DNA of 57,232 nucleotides, filler included, from Platydemus manokwari (Eukaryota), in NCBI GenBank assembly GCA_037951405.1. It is 4 parts of 4 records of this genome, joined end to end, with 100 filler letters (N's around TTAATTAATTAA, not from the genome) between each part and the next. Parts side by side here need not be neighbours in the genome. Positions count along the whole stretch, not along the records: positions 21,766 to 39,286 come from JBBMOY011022190.1; positions 39,387 to 57,232 come from JBBMOY010733315.1; 2 more parts are not named here. One strand, given 5' to 3'. A program made the position numbers and the translations under genes. Below the pieces are notes generated by a model. That model was not told where the DNA came from, made no database searches, and saw only the letters and a program-made list of their open reading frames with translations. Below, piece after piece: positions 27,080 through 40,551 of the stretch (the stretch's first letter is position 1; each line of letters opens with the position of its first letter).

Positions 27080-27782
27080 ATTATTTAATTTCTTCGTCCG
27101 TTGTCCGGATTACCTGTTAATGACTAAGGCTAGGTACGGGATATTATTCAAAACTTTTGTGTTCTTTTTAATATTAATTGTTCGAATTCATTTTTTCTTA
27201 AATATAAGCTTTTTGAAAACTATAATCGCGTTTGTTTTTGCTAAATCACTACATTAGTTAGTCACGATTAAAAGTTGATTAGGAATTTCGAAGCCATCTA
27301 TTTTGTCATAAATTATTATTCTATTTATCAGTTGCGAAAGAAGGTTTCATAATCCCATATTATTATTTCAGGCTCATAGTGACTCAGTATCCTCTGTGCT
27401 ACAGTCGTAAATTAATATTAAACTCATTTCCAACAGCTTGGTCTTCAATACCGGTTGTTGAAGCCCCTTTAGGACCAGTCAAATATATAAAATAACGCCC
27501 AACAACAAGAGACACAAACGGTCGCATGTAATAGAAGGGTAATTTAGAAAAAGAAGTTGATAATAAATAAAAATGTAAAAATTGATGACTCAAAAATTTT
27601 AAATATCAAAATTTTATCATAAATAATGTTATGGTTAAAATGTTATTGTCTAAATTTTCAAGAGTGATTAATATTTTTCAAAATAATCACCACATAAAAT
27701 ACCGAAAATATTAAAATTTAGTTAATGATTGTGAGTACAAGGTGCCCAACGCTGACGTTAAAAGCGATCATTATTTCATCCA

Positions 27783-27870
27783 TTTCGACATTGTAAATTA
27801 CGACAATGAAATATGCCGACAGTGAAATATTACGACAATTATAATCGGGACAATGACAATTGCGACTTTA
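27783..27870 (+). repeat. Six degenerate 15-16 bp direct repeats (CGACA.TG.AAT core), like DNA-transposon subterminal repeats
   Basis: CGACA or a variant at about 27786, 27801, 27817, 27833, 27848 and 27863. Confidence 0.6.
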
Positions 27871-30800
27871 TTATTATGCTGTAAAGAATATTTGCAAATA
27901 GTTATTCCGAATTTAGTCAAAAAAGTAGATTAAAGTGTTTAGCGTAAGTAATAGTATTTACGAACGCTGATTATTCTGTGCCGTATTTGTATTTATGTAG
28001 GCGGTAGAAAGCCCAGAAGTAAATCCCATTTTGTAATTGTAACTTTATATTCGGACATCATCTGACTTTTATTGACGAATCAATTTGAGGGCTCGGCCCT
28101 TGTGAAAATTAATTTTGAACAATATGCTTTTACAGTGCGATAGTCAAAAAAACTTAGTGATCAACTTATTTGTCTTTTGAAGTTAGATTTATAAATTTAC
28201 GAGTATTGTTGTGCTCTACATCAGGTAGACCCAAGAAATGTATTGAATAATGTGTGTGCTCAACAACAAAATGGAAAAGATTTTAAGTTTGAGATAATTT
28301 GTAATAATAATCGATAATATTTCACAAATAAATGCTATCTTATCAACTATATTTTTAAATCACCTATTTCTTTAAAGTCTCGCTTATAAATTTAAAAAAT
28401 TTTTAAGATCACACTTTTGATATGGGTGAAATCTTTTAACACGTTGACGGACACTTGAGTCTATAACCGTCAATTTCGAACTTCATTTGTTCCTACTGTT
28501 TGTCAATGTGTTAAATTCTTTTTGACTTTTGCACTGATCCATGCGTTACAATGGGAACATGAAAAATAATTACTGGAATGTTCGAAGTGGTTTTAGATTT
28601 CTTATTTTTGTTATTGTATTGTTACCATCTTGCAATATATTCATATCTTGCAATAAATTCACTTCATTTTATATTTTAAATTATTTAATAAAATTTTAAA
28701 ATCTTCTTTTTCATTATAAAATTATTATTAAAATTATTATAAATTTATTATTAAAATAATTATTAAAATTTCTTCCTTTAAATTTTCTTCACATTGACGA
28801 TGATATTTTTAATTATTTTAAAATTAAAAAAAAGCAGAAATTCTCCGTTTGACAGAGGAAAATAATTGAAATAAAAGGAGAAAATAATAAAATTAGTTAA
28901 ATTCAGCAAAGACAAGATCAATTGTGCAAATAGGTATCTTCTTTTCCGGGTTAATTTATGTGTCTGGCTCTTGTATATGATTTGGTTTACAATTGATTGG
29001 AATGAATTCCTGTTGTTAACTGATAATTCCACGATCAGTTGGTTTAAATATTCTATAGTTGATTTTTGTCATTTCATAAACGTAATTTTTGTGTGGGTCT
29101 ATATGATACGGAGTTAGTACAAAATAAAATGTTCCGCTTTATTACTTTTACCAATTAATAGGTTTATCGGTGCAGGTTCTCGTAAGTTTTATGGTAAGTT
29201 CGCTTGGTATGGTTAGTGAAATCACAGAATATTTTAACAATTTTCTGGCGTGCGGATATTGGATTTTCTTCTCATTTTTAATCATATTATTGTTAATTCC
29301 ACTTTTACACCAATAAATTATTACAACACACGACAATCATGTAATGCAATCAGAACAAATATAATGTAATCTCATAGATAAGTTCGCACAAAGGTACTTT
29401 TTCATTCAAACGATTTTCTCTATTTGCATCACACTTGTGATTTATTTTCTATTCGATGTCTCTTTTATTATCATAACCCAAACTGCAATTTTTTCTGCGT
29501 ATTACAGATTCAAAAAAATAAATTTATGACGTATTTTCGTGGGATTAAATTGGAGATTTAAACACCTGATTTTCAATTTAATATTTCTAATTGCCTGTAT
29601 CGCTATTGTTGGCTCCAGATGTATTTCTACTAGGATTAGGATAGTTCAAAACAAAGACGACTCCAATGCTGTAACGTTTCGTGGAGTATTTATTAGCTTT
29701 TCTTAGGAAAAGCTACTAGTTGAATATCTCCTTGAATATCTCCTCAGACATAACGATTTTAATAATTTATATTTTTGCTTATATCGTACTTATATCGTAC
29801 TCTTTATAAAAGAGTAAAAAAAAGTAAATATATATAATTGGTTCTAAAATTGTGATACCCAGTGAACCGATTAATTAAAAATTAAGAAACAATTCAGACC
29901 TAACAAATTCTTAATGATATTAAAATGTCGGAATGGCTATGAATGAATAAACACCGGAAATGTAGCGAAAATTATGAAAGCGTTAATTTTGGAAAAAATT
30001 GTAAATAATGGTCATAATGTCTATATATATATATGTGTGTGTGTGTGTGTATGTATCTGTTAATGTTACCAGACTATTAACGAACAATAACAAGTCTCAT
30101 TCCAATCATTTTTAAGAGAAACAGAATCGATGGAAAAATTATGAGAATAATTCTTATTTTAAAATAGTCTACGCTTTTGTGGAAACCTTGAAGGTGCGTT
30201 TTGCATTATTGTATGGCAAAGCACATAAATAATAGTTGCAACATAGAATGGTATAAATGCGAGAAGGTTACTTCAGACGTAACCTTATCTGATTCTAATG
30301 AAAACCTGAAATCTTAGAAGTGATAAATAGACAGAATAGTTAGGATTGTACGCAATTTATAGGCTCAATAAATTAATAATAATTTACATGATAAATATGA
30401 CGAGAACATCCAGGAGTGATTTGTCGAATTAGCAGTACAAGAGAAATACTCGAATAATTCTTGTTCTGATTTGGAAATCAAATCCACTCTCCCATGATCA
30501 CTATCCAGATTTCACAAACAATACACTTCTCACTGTGAAAATTCCTTTTAAATTCAACAATCATATCCAATTATTTTAATCTCATTCTGAATCGTTATCT
30601 CATTTAAAAATAAAAGATATTTTTTAACAAATCAATTTATCAATGAATCATGTTTTCATATCTGACCAGGTTATTGAATAATGACGGAAAAATGAGAACA
30701 CATTGTATATTGATAAACATAATTATTCTGACAATCGTTTTATTAATTGGATTGAAACAATTTCACAGAAAAAAAACATAAGGCAAAACATGTAATGTTA

Positions 30801-30937
30801 TACAAATAGATCATAAAGTAAATCGATAAATAGAATGAATATATGAAATATTCAAGGCAATGTATTATTGGATCACAATAAATTGATGAGTGCAATCAAT
30901 CAATATATCAATAAATATATCAATAATTTATATATTG

Positions 30938-30940
<3 letters not shown>

Positions 30941-30988
<48 letters not shown>
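30941..30988. repeat. (AAT)n microsatellite just downstream of the Ig-gene stop codon
   Basis: Directly visible. Confidence 0.95.
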
Positions 30989-31085
30989 TTAACAAAGTAG
31001 AAAACATCTGTTAATGAGATTAACACAGCAATCGTCCATATATGGATGCTGGCATTATGGTCGAATAATCACACAAGAATAACGA

Positions 31086-34066
31086 TTAAACTTTGACACC
31101 CGAACTGTATTTATTGGTGCTGACATCTGTTGGATTATGGTAAGCCGTTCTCGATCTTTTTATCATTAAACAAAGTAGAAAAATCAATAAAATAATGATT
31201 CCCACAGATGTAGCGAGACCAACTATTTCACCAGTCGTTAGTTCCCATGGTCTCTCACCGCCTACAAATGAAATGCATCAGTAATTATTCATTGATCAAT
31301 CCATAATAATAAGTCAGTCAATGAGATCGATATTCACACTCCATATACTCACCGGGGCAAAGAACATAAACACTAGTTTCATCGGAATCCGATTTGCAAA
31401 CGACTTTATTGGCACCAACCATTTTCAGTGCTGTACAATTAATCGTGACATCACTCTGAGTTGAATACATTCCTTCATTTGATGCCGATGAGCATATGTC
31501 GCGTAGTTTTTGATTTTTCACAGATATATCGATTGGTCCGTGTGACTGAATAATTGATTGTTGTGATTCATAATGAACAGAACATTATTAACAATTTATG
31601 ATCGATATAATCATTATTAAATAATTATAATAGTGATTATTGATTATAAAAATTATATTATTAACAATAATGGTAATATATATAATTAATATTGGGAGCA
31701 TTTTAAAAAATTGAATTCAAAATTTTTCAAGATTTAATTTCGTATAAAATTCGATTCGTTATAAAATCAAATTAATTGGTTGAAATAATTGTATTTAAAT
31801 ATCATTGGATGTTGTGACTTTTCAGTTCGTTTTCGGTGAGGGCTTTATAAAATAGTAGTGGCTATCAATAAATTTAATATTATATATCACGGTATTGTGA
31901 ACAATGCTATGGTATAATCTAAGGTTAATTATAGATTATTTAAGCTATTAATAATAATAATTATTATTATTAAAAAAAAATCAATAATAATTATCATAAA
32001 TTGATTCTGACTTTCAATCGTGTAAAAAATCGATGAATATTAAGGTCATGAAGCTGAATTGTATTTTATAGATTGATGATAAAAGGCAAGTCTATTGGGA
32101 TAACAAGCATTGAAAGAATAGTTAATAATCATAAAATTCGTAGACATTATTTGGAAATAATAATGGACAACCATAAAATGATTGTCAAAAAAAACGGTCA
32201 CCAACATGATTGTCAACATATTCATATTTTTATTGAATGCGGAAGACATAAAAAACAAATAAATATTTATTATTAAAAAAATATATATGTAATGAGATTA
32301 ATATAACAGTAAGAAAATGTTATAACCAATGTTCCTACAGAACAATTAATTAGCTCACTGCCAATTATTCCATTCTCTGTGCAGAGATCTCTGTAATAAG
32401 TGACAACAATAAAGGAAAGAGAATAAATGCATTTGAAAGGCATGTATAGAGTTACCCATTACTGCTCACGATGACTCAGTGTGGGATGTGTGTTTGTGAT
32501 ATGTACACATTTGTTTGTTTGTTTGTGTGTGTGTCGAGGCGTGTCATTAGATATTGATTTTTCCAAAATAGGAAATATGACTGCAGTTACATATATGTAT
32601 AAATGAGCTCTTATTTTCAGACCTAAAGACGAACATTTGTGATTAAAACTTGTCATTCTATGCTATCGATTGACAAATGATAGTAACCATTGTTCTCGTA
32701 GAGAATTTTCAGAATTATTTTTTGCCATCAAATATGTGGGCTGATGTATAAATCCATGTTTTCATCATTTTTGCTGTAGAATTTCTAAATATGATTGGAG
32801 CAACTGGAGTTGCGTTGCGATGAAATGAATGTCTGAGTGCTTGCACATGGACTCAAATGGGACAAAAACATCAAATCAATGAAATATCTTTGAGAATACG
32901 TGAAGTGATGGTGTTGATTTTTGGGATTTTCAATTGCAAATCATAAATAATCCGCTATTCCAGATGGATAATGTCGCCTCACATTGTGAAAATTGATTAA
33001 AAATTCCTTTGGAAATATCAAATACATTCTTAAAATGAAAGCCAATGTTTATTCATAGGATGCATTCAATAATTTGCACAAAAATCGCAATTCCGTTGTC
33101 AAACTAAATGAATCAATATCAAATCCAACTGCAATAATAATCGTCGAAGCCAAATATATGTCTAATGAGTCATCAAATCAATAAATTCATTTCTAATAGC
33201 TCATTCTTATTAATGATTGCATGTTTTAATATTAAAAGTTAGGTTACCATGGAGATCCAATAAATCAATATTTATTCAATAATTCAATTTTGATATAAAT
33301 ATGAATGTGAATATTATTTCAGAATTGATAATAATATAGTAATACAATCACAGATAACTTACCACGTTACCATAGCTCCACAAATGGTCAGTTTTGGGAT
33401 AACCGCAAGATGAAAAACAACTGATTTTTAAAGCTATACCTTCACGTAAGTTGTATGGATTTGTTCTGGACCCACGACCTTTTAATATCTGATTATTTTT
33501 CGTGTCAAGTGTTATAAATGCTGGTCCAGTATTTTCCAATTTGCTCTCTACAGGCTTGATTGGATCGATTTCAAGCCTTTCCAATTTTGCAGGCACTATT
33601 TATATTGAAAATGATTCACTTATAACTGCGAAAAGATTATACCTTTAATTTTCACTAAAATCGACTTCTTATTCTGAGCATGAAAACAATCCCATGTGCC
33701 ACGATCTGACCATTCAAGTCTTTTGATTTTTAATTTGTATTCCACGAATGTTTTATCATCCCTTACGACTTCCGGGCATGTTATATCGAATCTATTTTGA
33801 TTGAAAACTCGACAGCCATCGCTGTACATGGTCTTATTCTTCCGAAACACTGTAAACAGGTGTTTTGTGACTTTCTGGATTTCACAAGACAGAATTAAAG
33901 TATTATTTAAATATATTTCGTCGGTATCTGGTACTTTATTAAATTGTCGAATAATACTAGTTGCTAAATTGGTAGTAAACTATGAATCAATTTAATAAAG
34001 CTTACATAATATCTTATCAGATAAAATAATTAATGTGAGAAAATCAAATAAAATTAACATATGCAT
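31086..34066 (-). CDS. Type I membrane protein, 327 aa: signal peptide, two Ig-like domains, TM helix, short tail
   Basis: Five GT-AG exons 34066-34006, 33963-33643, 33595-33363, 31545-31353, 31261-31086 sum to 984 nt in one frame. Signal-like MHMLILFDFLTLIILSDKILS; Ig1 TLILSCEI...YKLKIKRLEWSDRGTWDC; Ig2 (C2-like) LREGIALKISCFSSCGYPKTDHLWSYG...TQSDVTINC...KVVCK; TM IVGLATSVGIIILLIFLLCLMI followed by KRSR; ends YSSGVKV*. Confidence 0.85.
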
Positions 34067-37000
34067 GAATAATAAAACGACTTATAGCATATCAAAATGT
34101 TTGAATATAAATAATTAAATGTATGATTATTTTAGTTCTTTCAAACAAAACTTCTTTGAATTGCTTTCAAAATTTTAAAATTTTTTCGAGTTATAATTAA
34201 AATTAATTAATTAATTTTCATTTTCATTGATATTAGATTAAACTAAAAATGGTAAATGATCGATAGTATATAATAAATATAAATAATAAAAAAAACATAT
34301 CCTCACAATAGATGTCTAACAAGAAAATGTTCGAAATTTAGACTGCTGAGTGTGGTGCATGCAGTGAAATATAATTAACATCTTTTTACATTGCCAAAAT
34401 TTTTTATTTAACTAAACTTTCCATTAAATATCTCAAAAAATTTGCAATTAAATATTTTAAGACAATTAAATTGATGTTGTTTATAAAAGCTAATATAATT
34501 CTTTAATCCGCTATGATTGAATCAAATTGTAATAATAAAAGGCTTAATTTAAGAATAAAGTTCTCTGACCTAATTTCAAAATAATCATTTTCCTCGTGTA
34601 TTATTTAATATTAATATTATTTAATATTACACTTAATATTAATATTATATTATTTAATATTAATGTTTGGACTTATCAATTTTTTTCTATGCCATGCTAT
34701 TTCTTCATAGGAGTCGAATCGACAAATTTTGCACCTTAATAAATAATTTTAAATTTGTTTTATTTTAATAAAAATTATTACCATTTTTACAATTGGCTTG
34801 CTTAAGGAGGTCATTTGATAACATACATATTACGTGGCCCTTTTTGCACCACAAATATGTTAGGGTTTTGGAGAAGTTTTATCTGGAGGATGGCCAGTAC
34901 AAAGTTAAATACAATAATATAATTTAATATTATATCAAATATTAATCGAACCAGACATTAACACTATTAACAAAACCTACCCGAATATATAGGGAAATGA
35001 ATTTCCAAGCCATCATGACAACAAATGTTATCATTTAATTTTGTAGACATAAAACCCCAATTTTTCGCTATAAATAATTAGTTGAAAATCAAATAAACTA
35101 GAAAAAACTATAACGAAACTTAAACCAGAAAATACTGTTATAGTGTTTATATACAATCAACCGAATAATTGTTAAATTTATATCTCAATAAGAAAAAATC
35201 GTTGTTGTAGCCATATACAATCAACTTAATCAGTGAGTAAAATTTTTTTCTTTTTAACAATCATTAAAATTTTAATATTTTTATCTCGATTTTGTCCAAT
35301 AAATTATTGTCTAAACCCAGTTCACCTATAATCAAAATTCAATTCTAAAATTTATTAAAATGTGACATAATCATGTAGTAGTGTTTATGATGCCATTAGA
35401 TCCAACCACCTATGAAATAATTCAAGTACTCTTAAGGGCATTGCCATAAGAGATTCTTAAAAATCTTAAGGTTCCACCAAGGTAGAACTAAACAATTAAG
35501 CTATAACAAACAAGCGAATTCCCTGGTTATTTATCTTAATAATAATCTATTTGTTATTACTATTTGCTTTTGCTTATTTTGTAATTCAATCTTATTTTAT
35601 TATTACTAAACAATTATATTTTATTAGAATCGATATTTACTTTATTATTAACCTATTATTTAATCTTATATTTGTTAATAATTACATGCACCTCTGCAGT
35701 CAGATGTACTAACTATCCATTAATAAAAACAATAGAGGTGAAATAATTTACAGGGTTTTAATATTCGATGAATTATCACATTATTCTAAATTTGTTTTGA
35801 TATAGGTTACACATTGCTTAAATCAATAAATATTATTTCATTTCTACATTTCCATTGGCAAGTTTTTGGCAACTATTTTTGTGTTTATTTGCATTCCACA
35901 TTGCAAAGTACATTTCCAGATATTCGAAAACTGCATTTTCAGGTTGAATTTTATTAAAATATTTTCATTTTTTGACTTCTATAATTTAAACAACTATCAA
36001 AATTTTTTGATTTCTATATTTCTATCAAATATATTATTGTGTCGTGGGTTGTGATTGATTTATTTTTGACTTGGCTCTTATGAAGGCTTCAATAGCTCGT
36101 ATGGAGACGAAGCTATCGGAATAAGATTGTCTAAAGGTTTTAAATGATAAACCCAATATTGATATGTCACATTGCAACCAATTGGTGAACTCTAATGTGA
36201 AAATAATAAGTTAACGATTACTTATCGATGATGCTATTGTTAAAACGTCGAATTAATTTGTTAAAATATTTATTTAGGAAGAATGAAAGTACAATTATCA
36301 AACGAAAACAACAAAAAGATTTAGTCAAAATGTGCAGCACACTACGTAAGTAGATGGCTTCTTGATACCAAAATGTACTGGGTACCGGAGAGAGAGTAAA
36401 AGGAGCAACGACACAAATAAAAAATGATTAATTTAATATAATTTATTATTACGTATACAACGTAATAAATGAACAATAAATAAAACCTGCACTCACGAAT
36501 GATCTCGGGTTTGTCGAATAAGAATAATAATTGCAATTGTCGAATTCGAATATCGGTCTCGTTACGTGTTTTATTGTGCATGAATTGACCAAATTATCAT
36601 GTTCTTATATAGTATTTTTGTTGGTGTCATTTCTGTGAATGGCCTCATTTTTATTCTTTGTTAATAAAATTTATTCCTTATAATTGAACGGCATAATGGT
36701 CGTTACTATATTTATTTTCCTTTTTTATATTTTTATTTCTTTGTTATATGCCTTTTTCTGATCAGGTATAATGAAATATTCTCTGTTACTATTTTTATTT
36801 CCTTTATTGTTTTGATCTGGTTTCTTTCTTTTCGATCAAATAACACTAAATATTTTATTCTATCTTCATGAATTGTACTTTTATTATTATTATTATAGCC
36901 GTTACTATTATTATTATAACTATATTTATTATTATTTACCGTTATTATTCTTATTGTTATTATATTTTTATTATTCAATATAATTTACTATTCTTATTCT

Positions 37001-37299
37001 GTCTTTGTTATATTAATATTATTTATGTTGTTGTGACCGTCCGATGGCTATACTCTATTTCTTATTGTTCGTTATTATTAGTTTTGTGATTGTGATCCTT
37101 ACTTTATTATTTAATTTTTAATTAACACTGTTCAAACCTTTGTCGCTCTCTATAACCTCTATCTCCCGGCTTACAAATTAAAAGAATGAATACACTATCA
37201 CTAGATAATTTTTTCACAATCAAAGATAATTTTCAAGCAAAGCGAAAATCAATTAAAATGTAAGTCAAATTAAATCAAATCACTGTCTAATCAATATTA

Positions 37300-38836
37300 G
37301 TTAATAAATTGAATGGAACTCGTTTATTGATTGAAGAATTAGAATTTGAAATATTTGATTTAAATTTGAATTAATAATTGTGTAAGAATTGATAAATAAT
37401 ATGGTCTGTTGACAATTGCTGTGATGTTGATAGGTTATTGTAGGATTATTGTTGATGATTTGTTGATGATAGTTGTTTGTTTGATAAGTAGGAGTTTAAT
37501 AGAAGTTTGAGGAGTTTGATAAATAGGAATTTGTTATTTGGTTGTAATGGGTTTGATTGTGACATGGGTTTGAGTTGGAGTATGTGAAGTGTATCATTAA
37601 CATTTCTGAATCGAAATAAATATTTGACAATAATTTGTGATCTCCATTTCACGTCATGGTTCATTGGCATCCATGATTTCTATAATTTTATCCGAATTTT
37701 TTCTGATCTATCTTTGACAACTTTCTGAACGAAAATAAAAATATATTCTTGAAGAAATTACATTTATCTGGATTTACCTTCAAAACCGATACATGTAATC
37801 AATGATGTATTCAATAGATTATGATTTTTCTCTGTTCCCATGTATATTAAGACATCATACAAATAGATTCAAACACATGTTGGTTAGCAATCAGCAATCA
37901 AATTTGTATTAACTAAAATATTATACTCAAAGTCTTAACAACAACAACAGCAAATATTTGCACAGTTCACAAAGTAAATCATTAAAGACGGAATCAGCGC
38001 TCGAAAGTCAAAAACAGAATGAAAAGTAATCAAAAAGACTGATTACTAAAACCACACATAACCTAAGCACTGAAGTTATCGACCAAGAAAACTAGCAGAA
38101 ATCCATGGAAGTCAATCTCTTTCATAAATCTATCGGCTGTGCATGCTTGATATCGAAAACCTTGGTTCGTGGATCGACTTACTGGAGATTTTCCTTACAT
38201 CTCACGTGCCATTGACGGATATTTGAGATTGCTGCCGTTTGTAGATATGTGCCAGTCGATTGATAGCTTCTAAATATGGATTAACATTAGAACGAATCTG
38301 ATTGGTTGATGGCATCTGTGTTTATCGAGTCTATGTGTATTGACTCTTCAGAATTCTTTCGTTGATTCTTGTAACCCATTTGTTCAATTAGTGATATGCC
38401 CAACACACATTTGAAAAGCAACCCTGTTAATTTATCCAAGTACTGAAACTACAAAGGCTTTAACGAATTATATTTTTGCATCTTTTCAGTTAGCCTATCA
38501 GTCTCTAAATTCTTTCACAATATTCTTGCTTCAACGAACAGCAACAGATAGAAAGCACAAATAATTTTTAACTTTTCAAAACCAGTCATTATTTTATCTT
38601 TTTTTTAATCAAAGATTTACCTTGGATAAATTGTACTCATGAGCTTTTCTTATATTTAAATTCAAAGTTTTTTGTATTTCTTCCAATTTTATGGCATTAA
38701 CGGATTCGACGTGATCACCAGTTACATTTTGAAAATTCAAGTTAGTAATATTATCTGTTTTTAACAAATCGGATGTTTTATATCATTTTGAGCACACAAT
38801 TTTGTCCAATAACATATTTTGGCAGATAAATATTCT
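37300..38836 (-). pseudogene. Possible decayed spliced gene fragment interrupted by the solo LTR
   Basis: A 53-nt GT-AG mini-intron at 37777-37725, another donor (CAAG|gtaaat, ~38620) and acceptor (aattgcag, ~38838). Partially open frames (TSDLLKTDNITNLNFQ...HEYNLSK; KSWMPMNHDVKWRSQIIVKYLFRF; T/P/Q/N-rich tail) broken by stops. No recognisable domain. Confidence 0.3.
37878..38405. mobile_element. Solo LTR, 528 bp, 4-bp TSD CACA
   Basis: Starts TGTTGG and ends CCAACA (perfect 6-bp inverted termini); CACA at 37874-37877 and 38406-38409; colinear with 45315-45858. Confidence 0.85.
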
Positions 38837-39286
38837 CTGCAATTAAACTTATTATATTCGACAATATTCCCTGTGATTAAATTTATACTGCAATATAATT
38901 TATTTCAACTCTTTTTAATAAAGTCTTGAAGGATGGATGTAGACATTCAAACAAGAGGCAGTGAAACTACCAATACATTCGTCAAAGTCAATTTGACTAT
39001 CTTACATTGCTGCTAAAATCACAATATTTTTCAGATTTTTACAAACTTCTCCGCTTTATAGTAAAACTGTAATTTTGAAAATTATATATTTTAAAATTGT
39101 AAACCGACATATAAAAATTCCGGCATGTTTAATAATATGATATTAATTGTTCTTATAAAATAAATAAATAAATAATTTGTTATGTATTACTGTTTTGATT
39201 ATATATAATAATATATTAGGTGTATTAGTATGATTCCGGCTTTTACAAAAATGAGTTAAAATTTGTATTTCAATGAATAAATTTAA

Positions 39287-39386
39287 NNNNNNNNNNNNNN
39301 NNNNNNNNNNNNNNNNNNNNNNNNNNNNNNTTAATTAATTAANNNNNNNNNNNNNNNNNNNNNNNNNNNNNNNNNNNNNNNNNNNN
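39287..39386. other. Assembly join: 44 N + TTAATTAATTAA + 44 N
   Basis: Same cassette as the other two joins. Confidence 0.95.
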
Positions 39387-40551
39387 TTAATTAGCGCCGG
39401 TAAATCAGCATTTAATATGATTGTGAAATTTATTACCATTTTTAAATGGAAATTTGGTTTTGAGGTTGAAATGACTGATACCACTTTCATAATCAAGGGC
39501 TCAATTAATATTTGATTTATCTGGGAATTTAATTGTTATTTGTTTCAATTAGTGGTTGTCTTCTATTAATAATCGAAATTTCCAGCGAGTTTCAAGAAAT
39601 TTTATTATTTCAAAGACATAAAATAAAATAATAAACAAATAATAAATAATCGAGATAAAATAATATTTTTATTACAATTATTCCAAAAAATTAATATTTT
39701 ATAAAAATTTGTAATAAAATTTTTCAAATTTCAATTCATTACAAATCATCACTACTACAACATAACAATATAACCTATAATATAACCGATAACTATAATT
39801 TAATAAAATGGCAACATGCAGTTTTTTTCAAAAATATCTTGCATCTCTATCAATATTAGTCATAATTAACATTTTGTTAATCATCATTTTCAATAAAATA
39901 TGTAGAACTTAAATAGTGTCTACTTTTATGCTTATTCACTGTGTTATTCTGTCATTTCTATAAATTAAATATATTGCAATTATTAATTTCGATATTCAAC
40001 GTAGTTGTCCCGATTCAATTTGTGTTGTTTTTAAAATTATATTATTACTGGGTTAAGTAAAAATATAGCTACCTTGTATTCGGATTTTTGCTGTCAAGTA
40101 TCTTCATTGATTTTAAGTATAAATATTTTAAAATCAATAAATACTGGGATCGTAAAAAATGCTACCAATAGAAGATTGTTTTGCAGAGAACATTGTTAGC
40201 GGTATCTATATCATTTAAATTATTCTAATGATTGTAATCAGTCATTGAACGTCCAATAAACTCATCATTTAAATCAATATATTTTTAGAATCTCAAATAA
40301 TATTCTTGATCAGAACAATTTAAAATTATAAATTGGAAATGTCTTGAATTATTTAAGCCTTAATATTCATTAAAAAATCCATATTTAAGTTCATTTTCGT
40401 AAAATCGATATTCAAAATTTTTAAAATTAATTCTTTGATAAACCTCAGGAAAATAAAATCATGCTTCGATTCAAATTATTTATTTATTTCTCTTAAAACC
40501 GTTTTAAAATTACCAATAACTCTACAACAGTCCCAATCGGAAATTTTAAAA

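Noticed and set aside
32326-32390. Exon-like segment (DLCTENGIIGSELINCSVGTL) in Ig-gene intron 3
   Set aside because: Phase is incompatible with the upstream exon, and the flanking exons join in frame without it.
38320-38355. Minus-strand CTGAAGAGTC..GAC hammerhead-like motif in the solo LTR
   Set aside because: Lacks GAAA and is not conserved in the 45315 copy.
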